Shown here in pieces: positions 1-9,645 of a stretch of 62,146 nt of DNA. Location of the stretch: IMG/VR virus record IMGVR_UViG_3300033183_000484, positions 1 through 62,146 of that record. One strand, given 5' to 3'. This DNA comes from a virus. Lineage: Duplodnaviria; Caudoviricetes. Numbering within the stretch: the first letter of the stretch is position 1; each line of letters begins with the position of its first letter. The notes beneath the pieces were generated by a model. That model made no database searches. It had not been told where the DNA came from and saw nothing but the letters and a program-made list of their open reading frames with translations. Made by a program: the position numbers and the translations under genes.

Positions 1-228
1 AATGCCATCGCTGCTCCAATTGCCTTGGATTGTGATGCCTTCGTGCAGAACGGAGCGACGTTTGTCGGTGACGCTGCCTTCCCGATAGGGCGGCACGAAG
101 GGTTTGCCTGGGGCTTTGGGGAGATCGTCAAAGGCCTCGACGGGTGATGGTGTCAGGGTGGCTTTGGGCGCAGGCATGGGGGTGTCCGGCTCAGTGCTGG
201 ATAGTTTCGATTTGAACTTTGACAGCAT
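1..228 (-). CDS. Bactofilin-like (polymer-forming cytoskeletal) protein, N-terminal part, runs off the window
   Basis: Manual translation from ATG at 228 (not in ORF track): MLSKFKSKLSSTEPDTPMPAPK...KRRSVLHEGITIQGNWSSDGI. A Pro-rich leader is followed by a bactofilin-like SVxxxGxTIxGNxxSDG beta-helix start; open to the window edge. Confidence 0.6.
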   Translation of the reverse strand, partial: MLSKFKSKLSSTEPDTPMPAPKATLTPSPVEAFDDLPKAPGKPFVPPYREGSVTDKRRSVLHEGITIQGNWSSDGI

Positions 229-274
229 GGGATGCGCCCTTTTCTAAAACCATATGGGGCAGATGGGCGAGGAA

Positions 275-288
275 TGACCGTTCGGTCA
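275..288. promoter_or_regulatory. Palindrome TGACCG-TT-CGGTCA in the divergent intergenic region, possible operator
   Basis: Perfect 6-bp arms, located between the two divergent start codons at 228 and 331. Confidence 0.3.
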
Positions 289-330
289 AGAGCATCGCAG
301 GCCTTCATATCCTTTTGATGGAGAGAAAAC

Positions 331-1272
331 ATGGCACGAGCCCAAGGGGCGCGGGCGCAAATGGCGCTGGCCTTTGAGACGACCTATGGGGTTCCACCGA
401 TGAGTGGGTATACGCAAATCCCCTTCACGAGCACCACGCTGGGGTCTGAGCAACCGCTGCAGACCTCGGAGGTCTTGGGCTATGGGCGTGATCCGCAAGC
501 GCCTGTGAAAGATGCGGTCACGGCGGATGGCACGATCGTTGTGCCCATTGATGTGGAGAGCTTTGGGTTTTGGTTGACGGCGGCCTTTGGGGTGCCTGTC
601 ACGAGCGGCGATCAGGCGCCTTTTACCCATGAGTTCCGCTCAGGGTCTTGGGCTTTGCCATCGTTTACGGTGGAGACGGCGATGCCGGAGGTGCCACGCT
701 ATGCGCTCTATGCCGGCTGCAAGGTCGATAGCGTGTCGTGGCAGATGGCGCGGTCGGGGCTTTTGACGGCGACGGTCAGTGTGATTGCCCAAGGCGAAGA
801 AGTCTCTGGGAGTTCGTCGGTCGGCACTGTCGAGACGATTGAGCTGAGGCGTTTTGGGCATTTTAACGGAACAATCACCCGCAATGGCCTGGCGATTGGC
901 AATGTCGTCTCTGTTGATCTGACCTATTCCAATACCCTCGATCGGATTGAGACCATTCGCTCGGATGGGAAAATTGATGGGATTGATCCCTCGATTGCGG
1001 CGCTGACCGGGAGCATCACGGTTCGCTTTGCAGATCAAACATTGGTCACCCAAGCGATCAATGGTGAGGCTTGCGCGTTGGAGTTCTCCTACGCGCTTCC
1101 CACCGGCGAAAGCCTGACCCTGACCGCGCACGCTGTCTACCTGCCGCGTCCCCGGATCGAGATCTCTGGCCCGCAAGGGGTACAGGCCAGTTTTGACTGG
1201 CAGGCTGCCAGTGATCCGGTGCTGGGCCGGATGTGCACTGTGACACTGACCAATGATCGCGAGGTATACTGA
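331..1272 (+). CDS. Phage tail tube (major tail) protein
   Basis: 313 aa, beta-rich, MARAQGARAQMALAFETTYG N-terminus typical of alphaproteobacterial siphoviral tail tubes; GGAGA RBS; lies before chaperone and tape measure genes. Confidence 0.8.
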   Translation: MARAQGARAQMALAFETTYGVPPMSGYTQIPFTSTTLGSEQPLQTSEVLGYGRDPQAPVKDAVTADGTIVVPIDVESFGFWLTAAFGVPVTSGDQAPFTHEFRSGSWALPSFTVETAMPEVPRYALYAGCKVDSVSWQMARSGLLTATVSVIAQGEEVSGSSSVGTVETIELRRFGHFNGTITRNGLAIGNVVSVDLTYSNTLDRIETIRSDGKIDGIDPSIAALTGSITVRFADQTLVTQAINGEACALEFSYALPTGESLTLTAHAVYLPRPRIEISGPQGVQASFDWQAASDPVLGRMCTVTLTNDREVY

Positions 1273-1274
1273 CC

Positions 1275-1637
1275 ATGCTCCGTTTAAATCTCTCCATTGA
1301 GCCGCGTTGGCTTGATCTTGGCCATGGAGTCCGCCTGCTGGTGGAGCCCTTGACCACCGCCATCATGCTGGCTGCGCGCGGTGACCCGGCGATTGTTGCT
1401 GCAGCAGCGGAAGACGAGGCCGCCACGTCCAATGATGATCTCGCGCGGATTGTGGCCAAAGCCGTTGCCCGCATCGTTGTCAAAGATTGGGAGGGCGTCG
1501 GTGATGAGGAGGGCAAACCTCTCGAGGTGACGCCCGAGGGCATTGAGGCACTCTTAGAAATCTGGCCGATCTTTGAGGCCTTCCAGACCAAATACATCGC
1601 GGGTGCGCTGATACTGGATGCAGAAAAAAACGTCTGA
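1275..1637 (+). CDS. Tail assembly chaperone (lambda gpG-like)
   Basis: 120 aa between tube and tape measure genes; ends on slippery A AAA AAC (1625-1631). Confidence 0.75.
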   Translation: MLRLNLSIEPRWLDLGHGVRLLVEPLTTAIMLAARGDPAIVAAAAEDEAATSNDDLARIVAKAVARIVVKDWEGVGDEEGKPLEVTPEGIEALLEIWPIFEAFQTKYIAGALILDAEKNV

Positions 1638-1969
1638 CCGCTCTTGCCGACTGGGAGTTCGGCGGGGGCGGCGGCTATTGCGCGGCCTGTTCCACGATCT
1701 GCCCGGACTGTCCGCGTAACCTCCATAAACCGCTGACCCTTGAGGGCTGGCAGGTCTGGGATCTGGTCCAACGTCTAGGAGGTCAGTTGCGCGTCGCAAG
1801 CGGGATGAGCGGCAGTGTTATCCTCGGCTGGGATATGACTGCGGCGCTTCAACTTGGCGCGGCTCTTGGGCTCTCACCCCTCATCCTCGCGGAACTTCTG
1901 TCGCCCATTGAGGCGGTGATGGTGCGTAAAATCAACGAAACGTCGCAGGCCGAAGCAGGCCTGATCTGA
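1631..1969 (+). CDS. -1 frameshift extension of tail chaperone (gpGT-like)
   Basis: The -1 frame is open from the slippery site to TGA at 1969: RLTALADWEFGGGGGYCAACSTICPDCP...AEAGLI; in frame with track ORF 1787-1969. Confidence 0.7.
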   Translation, partial: RLTALADWEFGGGGGYCAACSTICPDCPRNLHKPLTLEGWQVWDLVQRLGGQLRVASGMSGSVILGWDMTAALQLGAALGLSPLILAELLSPIEAVMVRKINETSQAEAGLI

Positions 1970-2017
1970 CCTCGTCTCTCTCTGGAGCGGGGTCTTATGC
2001 TTTGAGGACACTGAGTG

Positions 2018-4456
2018 ATGGCTGACAAACGTGTATCCGTTCGATTGTCTGCGACGGGCGGCCGCCAGGTGCGCTCTGAGTTGGAGGGGGTTGGCGCGTC
2101 GGGGGCAAAGGGCTTTGGGCGTCTGTCTCGAGAAATGGATCACGCCAATGCGCGGATAGCGGCTTTTGCCCGTCGTGCAAAACTAGCCGGTTGGGCGGCA
2201 GCAACGGCCCTGTCGGCGGCTGTGGTCTCGATGACCCGCTCGACGGTCTCTGCCGCCAATGAAATCTCACAACTCTCCCAAGTGGCCAATGCCAATCCTG
2301 AGGTCTTCCAGCGCTGGTCTGCTGCCTCCGCAACGGTTGGCATCGCGCAGGAAAAACTCGCCGATATTTTGAAGGATGTGAACGACCGGGTTGGGGACTT
2401 CCTGCAGACGGGTGGTGGCCCGATGGCAGACTTTTTTGAAAACATTGCCCCTCGGGTTGGGGTGACGGCGGATCAGTTTGCGCGTTTGTCCGGCCCGGAG
2501 GCTTTGCAGCTTTATGTGGATAGTCTGCAAAAGGCGGGTGTGAACAGCCAAGAGATGACCTTTTATCTTGAGGCCATGGCGTCGGACGCCACACGGCTCA
2601 TTCCGCTGTTGCAGAATGGCGGTGCAGAAATGACCCGCCTTGGGGCGCAAGCCGAGAGGCTTGGGGCGGTGCTTGATGCGGATGCTCTTGCAGCCTTGCG
2701 GCGCTCAGAACTGGCCTTGGTGAGTATTGGTCAGGTCTTCACAGGCCTGCGCAATAAGGTTGCCGTTGCACTCGCACCATCCCTTGAGGCTGTTGCCAAT
2801 GCTTTTGTGGCACTGGCCTCTGAGACCAGTCCGATTGCCAAGGCCTTTGACGCGGTGCTCGCCCATCTTGATCGGCTGGCCATTTATGCCGGCACCTTTG
2901 TTAGTTTTATGGCGGGGCGTTGGGTGGCGGGGATGGCTGCGGCGGCGCTCTCGGTACGGGGTCTGGCCACAACCTTGGTGGTACTCAAAGGGGCGCTCAT
3001 CCGTACAGGCATTGGGGCGCTGATCGTTGGGGCTGGGGAGTTGGTCTACTGGTTTACCCGGTTGTCCTCGGGCGCGGGTGGCTTTGGGGAGGCCATGGGG
3101 CTCTTACAGGATTTGGCCCTTGAGGTGTGGGACCGCCTCACTTTGGGAGCGTGCAGTGTCACTGCGCAGTGGGCTGCGATGTTTTTTGACATGACGCAGG
3201 GTGCGGCAGCGAGCCTGGCAGGAGCGATTGAGAGTGTTGTGGACTTTGGCAATGTCACGGCCAATACCTTTGAGGGGGCGCTCTTGGCCATAAAGGAGAT
3301 CTGGTCACGTTTGCCGGCGGTGATTGGGGATTTGGTCTATCGGGCAGCCAATCGCATGCTGCAGGGCATGGAAGCGATGCTCAATGGGGCCATTGGGCGC
3401 ATTGATGCCTTCACCGGTAAAATCCGAGAGGCATTGGCGGCAATTGGAGTTGAGACCACCTTCGGCACCATTGGAGAAATCTCTCTGGGCGATATTGCCA
3501 ACCCCTATGCGCAAGGGGCTGAGGAGGCGGGCCTTGCCGCCTCGGAGGCCTTCCGCAAAGCCTTTGAGGACAATCCCCTGGCGGTTCCGGACTTTGGTTT
3601 GGAGGGACTTGCTAGGGAGGCCCAAGCGGCGGCGGATCGATCGCGCGAGGCCGCGCAGGATTTGGCGCAGGGTGCGATGGCCCCTCTGACCTCTTGGCAG
3701 GCCTTGAAGGAGGCCGTGACAGGTGCTGGCGATGCGGGATCGTCGGCGCTGGATGAGGCGTCAAGCTCGGCCGATCGGCTCACCTCCGCATTGGGATCTG
3801 CTGCCAGCACAGCCGGATCCGCTGGGGCTCAGGTTCTGACCGGATGGCGTGCTGTTAGGGAGGCGCTCACCTCTTATGCCACGGAGGCGTTGAACTGGGG
3901 CAAGGGACTTGGCGAAACCCTAACAGGCGCCTTTGGTAGCGCGGAAAGCGCTTTCCGAAGCTTCGTCGAGACTGGCAAGTTCGACTTCAAGGGACTCGTG
4001 CGCTCGATTCTGGCCGACCTCGCGGTTCTGTCATTCAAACGCGCGGTCTTGGGCCCGATTGCCTCGGCGCTTTCCGGTGTCTTTGGCGGTGGGTCGGTTG
4101 CAGCGGCTGTTTCTCATGCGGGAGGTATCGTTGGGCTGTCTGGGCATAGTCGCTCTGTGCCTGCACTGGCCTTTGCTGCGGCACCTCGGATGCATGCGGG
4201 TGGTTGGGCAGGCCTTCGTCCCGACGAGGTGCCAACTATCCTGCAACGCGGAGAGAGGGTCTTATCGCGCAACGACATAGCCCGAGGGGTCGATGGGCCC
4301 GCTCCTGTCGCTGTTCACCTCAATGTTGATGCACGTGGCGCACAAATGGGGGTGGCCGAACAAATCACTGCGGTCATACGAAGCGCTCAGCCTGAATTTG
4401 AACGCATCGCAATCGCCGCGGTTGGCAATGCGATGCGCAGGGGGCGCATGGCATGA
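2018..4456 (+). CDS. Tail tape measure protein
   Basis: ~812 aa, Ala/Gly-rich helical; C-terminal HAGG..GLRPDEVPTILQRGERVL motif; position in the module. Confidence 0.9.
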   Translation: MADKRVSVRLSATGGRQVRSELEGVGASGAKGFGRLSREMDHANARIAAFARRAKLAGWAAATALSAAVVSMTRSTVSAANEISQLSQVANANPEVFQRWSAASATVGIAQEKLADILKDVNDRVGDFLQTGGGPMADFFENIAPRVGVTADQFARLSGPEALQLYVDSLQKAGVNSQEMTFYLEAMASDATRLIPLLQNGGAEMTRLGAQAERLGAVLDADALAALRRSELALVSIGQVFTGLRNKVAVALAPSLEAVANAFVALASETSPIAKAFDAVLAHLDRLAIYAGTFVSFMAGRWVAGMAAAALSVRGLATTLVVLKGALIRTGIGALIVGAGELVYWFTRLSSGAGGFGEAMGLLQDLALEVWDRLTLGACSVTAQWAAMFFDMTQGAAASLAGAIESVVDFGNVTANTFEGALLAIKEIWSRLPAVIGDLVYRAANRMLQGMEAMLNGAIGRIDAFTGKIREALAAIGVETTFGTIGEISLGDIANPYAQGAEEAGLAASEAFRKAFEDNPLAVPDFGLEGLAREAQAAADRSREAAQDLAQGAMAPLTSWQALKEAVTGAGDAGSSALDEASSSADRLTSALGSAASTAGSAGAQVLTGWRAVREALTSYATEALNWGKGLGETLTGAFGSAESAFRSFVETGKFDFKGLVRSILADLAVLSFKRAVLGPIASALSGVFGGGSVAAAVSHAGGIVGLSGHSRSVPALAFAAAPRMHAGGWAGLRPDEVPTILQRGERVLSRNDIARGVDGPAPVAVHLNVDARGAQMGVAEQITAVIRSAQPEFERIAIAAVGNAMRRGRMA

Positions 4457-5052
4457 GTACCATAATTGAACTGCCGCGCACTTGGATCACCGCACTCGAG
4501 CGCCGATTGGTTTCTGCAACCAGCCAAACGCAGTCTCCTTTCACCGGAACAACCGAGGTGCAAAATTGGGGAGGCGAATGGTGGGAATATGACATTGAAT
4601 TTGCAACCCAATCTGGCTCCGTAGCCCGCGCGGTCTCCGCAGCACTTACCGCCCTTGGCTCAGGTCAAAACCTACTGCTCCTCGCAGATCCAACCATTAT
4701 TCCTAAGAGCCTTACTTACACGATCACGCTTGCAGCGGAAGTGACCGGCAGCCACGTGATCCATACCCAAGGTTGGCCCCCTAACCTTCCCGCTATGGCC
4801 TCCGGCGATTTTTTCTCAGTCGGAGCCGCACGCGATACACGTTTGCACCAAATTACGTTTGATGCATCAGCAGACAGCAACGGCATTGCAACGTTAACAA
4901 TCTTTCCAGCCATTCGTGGATCCTTACCTGCAAACACACCCCTCGAAGTCAATCAGCCGCAGGTCCTTTTACGCCCAACCAATCCTGTCCCTACCCGAAT
5001 TGAGCGGGTCGCCCGCCACCGCTTCACTATGTCAGCTCGAGAGGCCCTATGA
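4453..5052 (+). CDS. Putative distal tail protein
   Basis: 199 aa, ATGA-coupled to the tape measure gene; SPFTG..Q.W.GEWWEY motif. Confidence 0.6.
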   Translation: MSTIIELPRTWITALERRLVSATSQTQSPFTGTTEVQNWGGEWWEYDIEFATQSGSVARAVSAALTALGSGQNLLLLADPTIIPKSLTYTITLAAEVTGSHVIHTQGWPPNLPAMASGDFFSVGAARDTRLHQITFDASADSNGIATLTIFPAIRGSLPANTPLEVNQPQVLLRPTNPVPTRIERVARHRFTMSAREAL

Positions 5053-5609
5053 GCCGAGACCTATCAGCAACTGTTGCCGAAGCATTAGGCAGCTCCGACC
5101 TACGCCCCGCACTCTTTTTTGAAGGAGTATTTCCATCTGGTGTCGTTCGGATTTGGACCGGGCTAGGCTCAATCGATTGGGACAGCAAAAAATGGACCGG
5201 TGTTGGCAGCCTCCTCAGCTTTGGGTCTTTAGAGGAAGCCTCTGACGTTGTGGCCTCTGGTACCTCAGTTTCGCTCTCAGGCGTGCCATTAGATCTCGTA
5301 GCGCTCGCAATTGAAGAAGCCCGTCAAGGCCAGGCGGGACGTATATGGCTCGCGTTTCTCGCTCAAGATCGCACCGTTCTTGCCGACCCTATGCAGGCGT
5401 TTTCGGGACGATTGGATGTCCCGGAACTGCAAGAGGATGGTCAAACGTGTCGGATTACGATCAGCTATGAAAACCGACTGATTGACCTCAGTGCTCCACG
5501 CAGTTGGCGTTATACCCATGAAAGTCAGCAAGTTCTTTTCCCAGGCGATCGCGGATTTGAACATGTCACAGCCATTCAAGATCAAGAAGTCACTTGGGGG
5601 CGTGGCTAA
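5049..5609 (+). CDS. Minor tail / baseplate hub protein
   Basis: 186 aa, coupled to upstream gene; C-terminal RYTHESQQVLFPGDRGFEHV...WG motif seen in siphoviral tail tip genes. Confidence 0.6.
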   Translation: MSRDLSATVAEALGSSDLRPALFFEGVFPSGVVRIWTGLGSIDWDSKKWTGVGSLLSFGSLEEASDVVASGTSVSLSGVPLDLVALAIEEARQGQAGRIWLAFLAQDRTVLADPMQAFSGRLDVPELQEDGQTCRITISYENRLIDLSAPRSWRYTHESQQVLFPGDRGFEHVTAIQDQEVTWGRG

Positions 5610-6022
5610 TGGAGCACCCGCGCGTTCCCCATTGGGAAGAGATCTTACAAACAGCTTTTTCTGCTGCAGGTGAACGTCCCTTTGTATGGGGCCACCATGA
5701 CTGCGCAACCTGGGCTTTTGATCTGCGCCGTGACCTCACACTTGGCCCAGACCATGCCGCCCTTTGGCGCGGTCGATACAGTACACCGATTGGGTCTCAG
5801 CGTATCTTGCGTAAGCTTGGGTGGCAAAATTTTGAGGATGGCGCTCGAGCATTGCTGGGAAAGCCGCTCGCAGATCCACGCTTCGCACGACGCGGCGACC
5901 TGGTCCTCGGAGGAACTCCCGAAGCCTTTGGTATCGTCTTCGGGGCAAAGGCTGCATTCTTAGCCCCCAAGGGTCTGGTGTACCTGCAGATTTCTGCCTG
6001 CCGCCTTGCGTGGAGGACCTGA
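5609..6022 (+). CDS. NlpC/P60-like tail assembly protein (lambda gpK-like position)
   Basis: FVWGHHDCA and ARRGDLV motifs; TAATG overlap with upstream gene. Confidence 0.65.
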   Translation: MEHPRVPHWEEILQTAFSAAGERPFVWGHHDCATWAFDLRRDLTLGPDHAALWRGRYSTPIGSQRILRKLGWQNFEDGARALLGKPLADPRFARRGDLVLGGTPEAFGIVFGAKAAFLAPKGLVYLQISACRLAWRT

Positions 6023-6025
6023 GAG

Positions 6026-8623
6026 ATGCCACCTGTCGTTCTTGGAGCTGTAGCACTCGGGGGCGCTGCCATCGCCGCAGGAGGTGTGGCAGCCGCCTTT
6101 GCCGCAACTGGGCTTGTTGGCTTTGCGGCCTCCTTTGGGGCCTCGATGCTTCTATCGGCTGCGGCTCAGGCGTTAATGCCGACACCCAGCCTCGGACAGA
6201 TGGAAATGAAGGCGCGCACCGTGACAGTCCGCGAGCCCGTAATGCCAAGAGAGCTCGTTTATGGCCGCGTGCGCAAAGGAGGCGTGATTGTTTTCCTGCA
6301 TGCTACAGGCACGAAGGATAAAGACCTACACCTTGTCATCGTCTTGGCGGCACATCAGATCAAATCGATTGGGGCGATCTATTTTGAAGGCGAAGAAGCC
6401 ATTGATGCATTGGGCACACCTCAAGGCAGATGGTCAAACAAACTCTCCGTCGAAAAACGCCTTGGCACCGATGATCAGACAGCCTTTACAGGGTTAATAG
6501 AGGCGGCGCCCGAATTTTGGACAGAACATCATCGCTTGGCTGGCTGCGCGGCATTGTATCTGCGCCTCACATATGATCCCGACGTTTTCCCAAGCGGCAT
6601 TCCAAACATCACCGTCGATGTAGAGGGCAAGGCCGATATCTTAGACCCAAGATCGAACACAGAAATCTACACCGATAATGCCGCGCTCTGTATCGCCGAT
6701 TACATGTCACATCCTCTCTACGGAATCGGCGCTGAAGTTGGACAAGACGATGGCCTTGATCTCGACAGCCTGATTGAGGCGGCAAACATTTGTGATGAGA
6801 CGATCTCTCTTGCAAAGGGAGGAACCGAGCCACGCTATACCTGTAACGGCGTCGTATCCCTATCAGAACCTCCAAAAACGATCATTGAGGCGATGCTCAC
6901 AGCGATGGCAGGTCGAAGCATATGGAGAGCCGGACAGTGGCATCTCCTTGCAGGCGCATATCGGGTTCCAGAGACGACACTGACAGCCGATGATGTCCGC
7001 GACGGCGGGATGACACTGACGACGCGGCAAAGTCGCATGTCAAATTTTAATGCTGTGCGTGGGCAATTTGTAAGCCCAGACAACAACTGGCAGCCAGATG
7101 ACTTTCCGGCCTACGCCAGCGAAGTTTACCGACTGGAGGACAATGGCGAGCAGGTCTGGCGAGATATCTCCCTGCCCTTCACGATTTCCCCATCGATGGC
7201 TCAGCGGCTTGCCAAAATTGAATTGGAACGTGCTCGACGGCAAATGACACTCAGGGTCTCTGGAAAATTGAAGGCCTGGCGTGTCGCTGCCGGCGAAACA
7301 ACCTTTGTCACCTATCCGCGCTGGGGCTTCGGAGGCGCAGAGGGATCACCCGGAAAGCCCTTTGAGATCGAAGGTGTAAGGCTCGACTTAAACCAGGTTG
7401 GTCATGGGCCACGCCTGGCACCTGAATTGATGCTGAGAGAAACTTCTCCACGCGTCTATGACTGGGATGCCTCAGAAGAACAGATTTATGAGGCAGCTCC
7501 ACGTACAACACTGCCTACAGCATTTGATATCGCCCCACCCGGCGCACCGCAAATGTCAGAAGAACTCTATGTGACGCGCGATGGCTCGGCCGTTAAAGTC
7601 TTACTTCGCATGACTTGGGAACCGGCGGCCTCAGGCTTTGTGGACACATATCAGGTCGAAACCCGTCAAAATGGCGGGAATTGGATAGATCGTGGCCGCA
7701 CGACTGGAACGATGATGGAGGTACGGGACATTGAGCCTGGCCAATGGGACGTTCGCATCAAGGCGTTGTCCGTTTTGGGTGTCTCTTCAGTTTGGCGCGA
7801 CGGCGCAATGGAGGTTATGGGCTTAACCGCTCCCCCGGAAGTTCTATTGGGACTGACGATCCAATCCGCTGGTGGGCTAGCTATCCTCAAATGGCAACGC
7901 TCAGTTGATGTGGATGTTCGAGTGGGCGGCAATATCATCATCCGCCACAGCAAAGAGGCCACAGCCAGCTGGGCCAATTCTACGCTTATGGACCGTGTCT
8001 CTGGCAGTGAAGCTATTGCGGTCGTGCCGTTAAAACCCGGAACTTATTTATTACGTGCAGAAGACAGTGAGGGCCGCATAGGCCCCGTGACCACGGTCAC
8101 AACCAAAGGGGTCCAAATTTTAAGCTTCGCACAGTTGAACACTTTGGTAGCGGAGCCTTCGTTTGAGGGATCGAAAACCAATCTCAAAACTGCCAGTGCA
8201 ACCTTGCAACTTACAAGCAGCCCCAATTCCAACGGGCGCCCAGAGGTGGAAGCTCTTGAAGGTCTCTACAATTTTGCAAGTCGTCTAGACTTTGGAGAAC
8301 TCAAACGTGTGCGATTGCGCTCAGATATTATGGTCGGAGCAGCCGCTCTGTCCGATTACATTGATGATCGCGTCACCCCTATCGACACTTGGGCAGACTT
8401 CGACGGATCTGAGGGAGCGGACATCGACGTTGTCCTTGAGGTGCGCGAAACCGACGACGATCCAACAACATCAAACCCATCTTGGGGGCCATGGGGTCGC
8501 ATCGACAATAGTGAAATCGAAGCGAGAGCGGTCGAAGCGCGGGCGTGGCTGCGCACGAATGACCCAGCCTTTACGCCAATTGTTTCGGAATTACGGCTGA
8601 TAGCAGATGAGGTTTCATCGTGA
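6026..8623 (+). CDS. Tail tip / host-specificity protein (gpJ-like) with FN3-like domains
   Basis: 865 aa; PRELVYGR, NAALCIADY, RYTCNG and FN3-like W..P...Y.V segments. Confidence 0.85.
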   Translation: MPPVVLGAVALGGAAIAAGGVAAAFAATGLVGFAASFGASMLLSAAAQALMPTPSLGQMEMKARTVTVREPVMPRELVYGRVRKGGVIVFLHATGTKDKDLHLVIVLAAHQIKSIGAIYFEGEEAIDALGTPQGRWSNKLSVEKRLGTDDQTAFTGLIEAAPEFWTEHHRLAGCAALYLRLTYDPDVFPSGIPNITVDVEGKADILDPRSNTEIYTDNAALCIADYMSHPLYGIGAEVGQDDGLDLDSLIEAANICDETISLAKGGTEPRYTCNGVVSLSEPPKTIIEAMLTAMAGRSIWRAGQWHLLAGAYRVPETTLTADDVRDGGMTLTTRQSRMSNFNAVRGQFVSPDNNWQPDDFPAYASEVYRLEDNGEQVWRDISLPFTISPSMAQRLAKIELERARRQMTLRVSGKLKAWRVAAGETTFVTYPRWGFGGAEGSPGKPFEIEGVRLDLNQVGHGPRLAPELMLRETSPRVYDWDASEEQIYEAAPRTTLPTAFDIAPPGAPQMSEELYVTRDGSAVKVLLRMTWEPAASGFVDTYQVETRQNGGNWIDRGRTTGTMMEVRDIEPGQWDVRIKALSVLGVSSVWRDGAMEVMGLTAPPEVLLGLTIQSAGGLAILKWQRSVDVDVRVGGNIIIRHSKEATASWANSTLMDRVSGSEAIAVVPLKPGTYLLRAEDSEGRIGPVTTVTTKGVQILSFAQLNTLVAEPSFEGSKTNLKTASATLQLTSSPNSNGRPEVEALEGLYNFASRLDFGELKRVRLRSDIMVGAAALSDYIDDRVTPIDTWADFDGSEGADIDVVLEVRETDDDPTTSNPSWGPWGRIDNSEIEARAVEARAWLRTNDPAFTPIVSELRLIADEVSS

Positions 8624-8850
8624 CCCAAATTCAAAGTTTCGTGATTATTAACGACAATGGAGCTGCCGTACGCGCTCAGATCAATCAGGTTCTGCTCGCG
8701 CTCAGATCGACCAATAGCGGTAGCCTTGAACCGACAGCCACCGCGCCTGGCATGCTCTGGTTGGACACCAGCACCACACCATCGACGCTCAAACTACGTG
8801 ATGTCACAGATAGCCTATTTGAACCGCTTCTCGACGGAGGTTCATATTGA
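8620..8850 (+). CDS. Small tail-tip associated protein
   Basis: 76 aa; GAAVRAQIN..L.AL and PGMLWLDT fibre-anchor-like motifs; ends LLDGGSY. Confidence 0.55.
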   Translation: MTQIQSFVIINDNGAAVRAQINQVLLALRSTNSGSLEPTATAPGMLWLDTSTTPSTLKLRDVTDSLFEPLLDGGSY

Positions 8851-8888
8851 TCGGCCCCTCAACTCGAATTCTGCAATGGGAGGCATCC

Positions 8889-9200
8889 ATGCCGGAACCT
8901 GGCTTTTTAGAAACATTGAACAGCCTTTTTGGTGGCGCGCTAACCACGCTGATCGGCGCTTTTACCGGTCGGTTGATGTATCATTCCGGTGAGGTCAAAC
9001 TGGGTCGCCGACGTTTTTTTGGAAAAGAACTCTTGTGGGAAATCCCCGTCGCGATTGGGATGGCCATCATCGGGGAAGGCATTGCGCGGTATTTAGAGCT
9101 TGGCCAACCCGTGAGTACTGGCCTTGTGGCCACCCTCGCCTATCTGGGACCTCGAGGTGCAGAAGCCTTGATGACTTCTTGGTTCAGCCAAAAGAAATAA
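8889..9200 (+). CDS. Putative holin
   Basis: 103 aa with 2-3 hydrophobic segments and basic C-terminus; GGGAGG RBS; upstream of endolysin. Confidence 0.65.
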   Translation: MPEPGFLETLNSLFGGALTTLIGAFTGRLMYHSGEVKLGRRRFFGKELLWEIPVAIGMAIIGEGIARYLELGQPVSTGLVATLAYLGPRGAEALMTSWFSQKK

Positions 9201-9227
9201 ACTTCACATGATCGCCAGCGCCATTGC

Positions 9228-9280
9228 GAACCATAAGAACCATAAGAACCATAAGAACCATAAGAACCATAAGAACCATA
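9228..9280. repeat. Tandem 9-bp repeat (GAACCATAA)x5 + GAACCATA
   Basis: Units start at 9228, 9237, 9246, 9255, 9264 and 9273. Confidence 0.95.
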
Positions 9281-9321
9281 CCCACTTCTCGGCAATGAGC
9301 CATCAAAACGAAAGATTGATC

Positions 9322-9546
9322 ATGACCGACATCGCGAGTGTTCTGTCACAAATTTCGCAAGCCTCAGATCCGGTCGAAGCACTTCGATCCGCGATCTTAG
9401 AGCAGGATGGAGCCTGGCCAAATGAGAACGCAACTGGCCTCTTCGAAATACAGCTGCATCGTGTCATTGGCCTCGGTCCCTCTCAGCAGGCCGCAGTCGA
9501 TGACTGGATCGTACAAGCTCGTATTCGGGCAAAAAGCACCCCATAA
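9322..9546 (+). CDS. Hypothetical protein inserted between holin and endolysin
   Basis: 74 aa from ATG at 9322; the longer track ORF simply reads through the repeat. Confidence 0.55.
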   Translation: MTDIASVLSQISQASDPVEALRSAILEQDGAWPNENATGLFEIQLHRVIGLGPSQQAAVDDWIVQARIRAKSTP

Positions 9547-9605
9547 ACCAGCGTTTATCGGCTGAAATCACAAATCCACCTCAAATCCTTTTGACATCCA
9601 ACACG

Positions 9606-9630
9606 GCCGCCCTTTCGGGGCGGCTTTTTT
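9606..9630 (+). terminator. Rho-independent terminator
   Basis: GCCGCCC-TTTCG-GGGCGGC stem-loop followed by T6. Confidence 0.75.
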
Positions 9631-9645
9631 GCATGGGAGACTATC

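Noticed and set aside
9228-9280. 9-bp repeat as CRISPR array or LexA boxes
   Set aside because: No spacers and no cas genes; GAAC spacing is N5, not the N7 of the alphaproteobacterial LexA box.
9208-9321. N-terminal NHK-repeat extension of the 9322 ORF
   Set aside because: The open frame follows trivially from a stop-free 9-bp repeat; no clear RBS at 9208.
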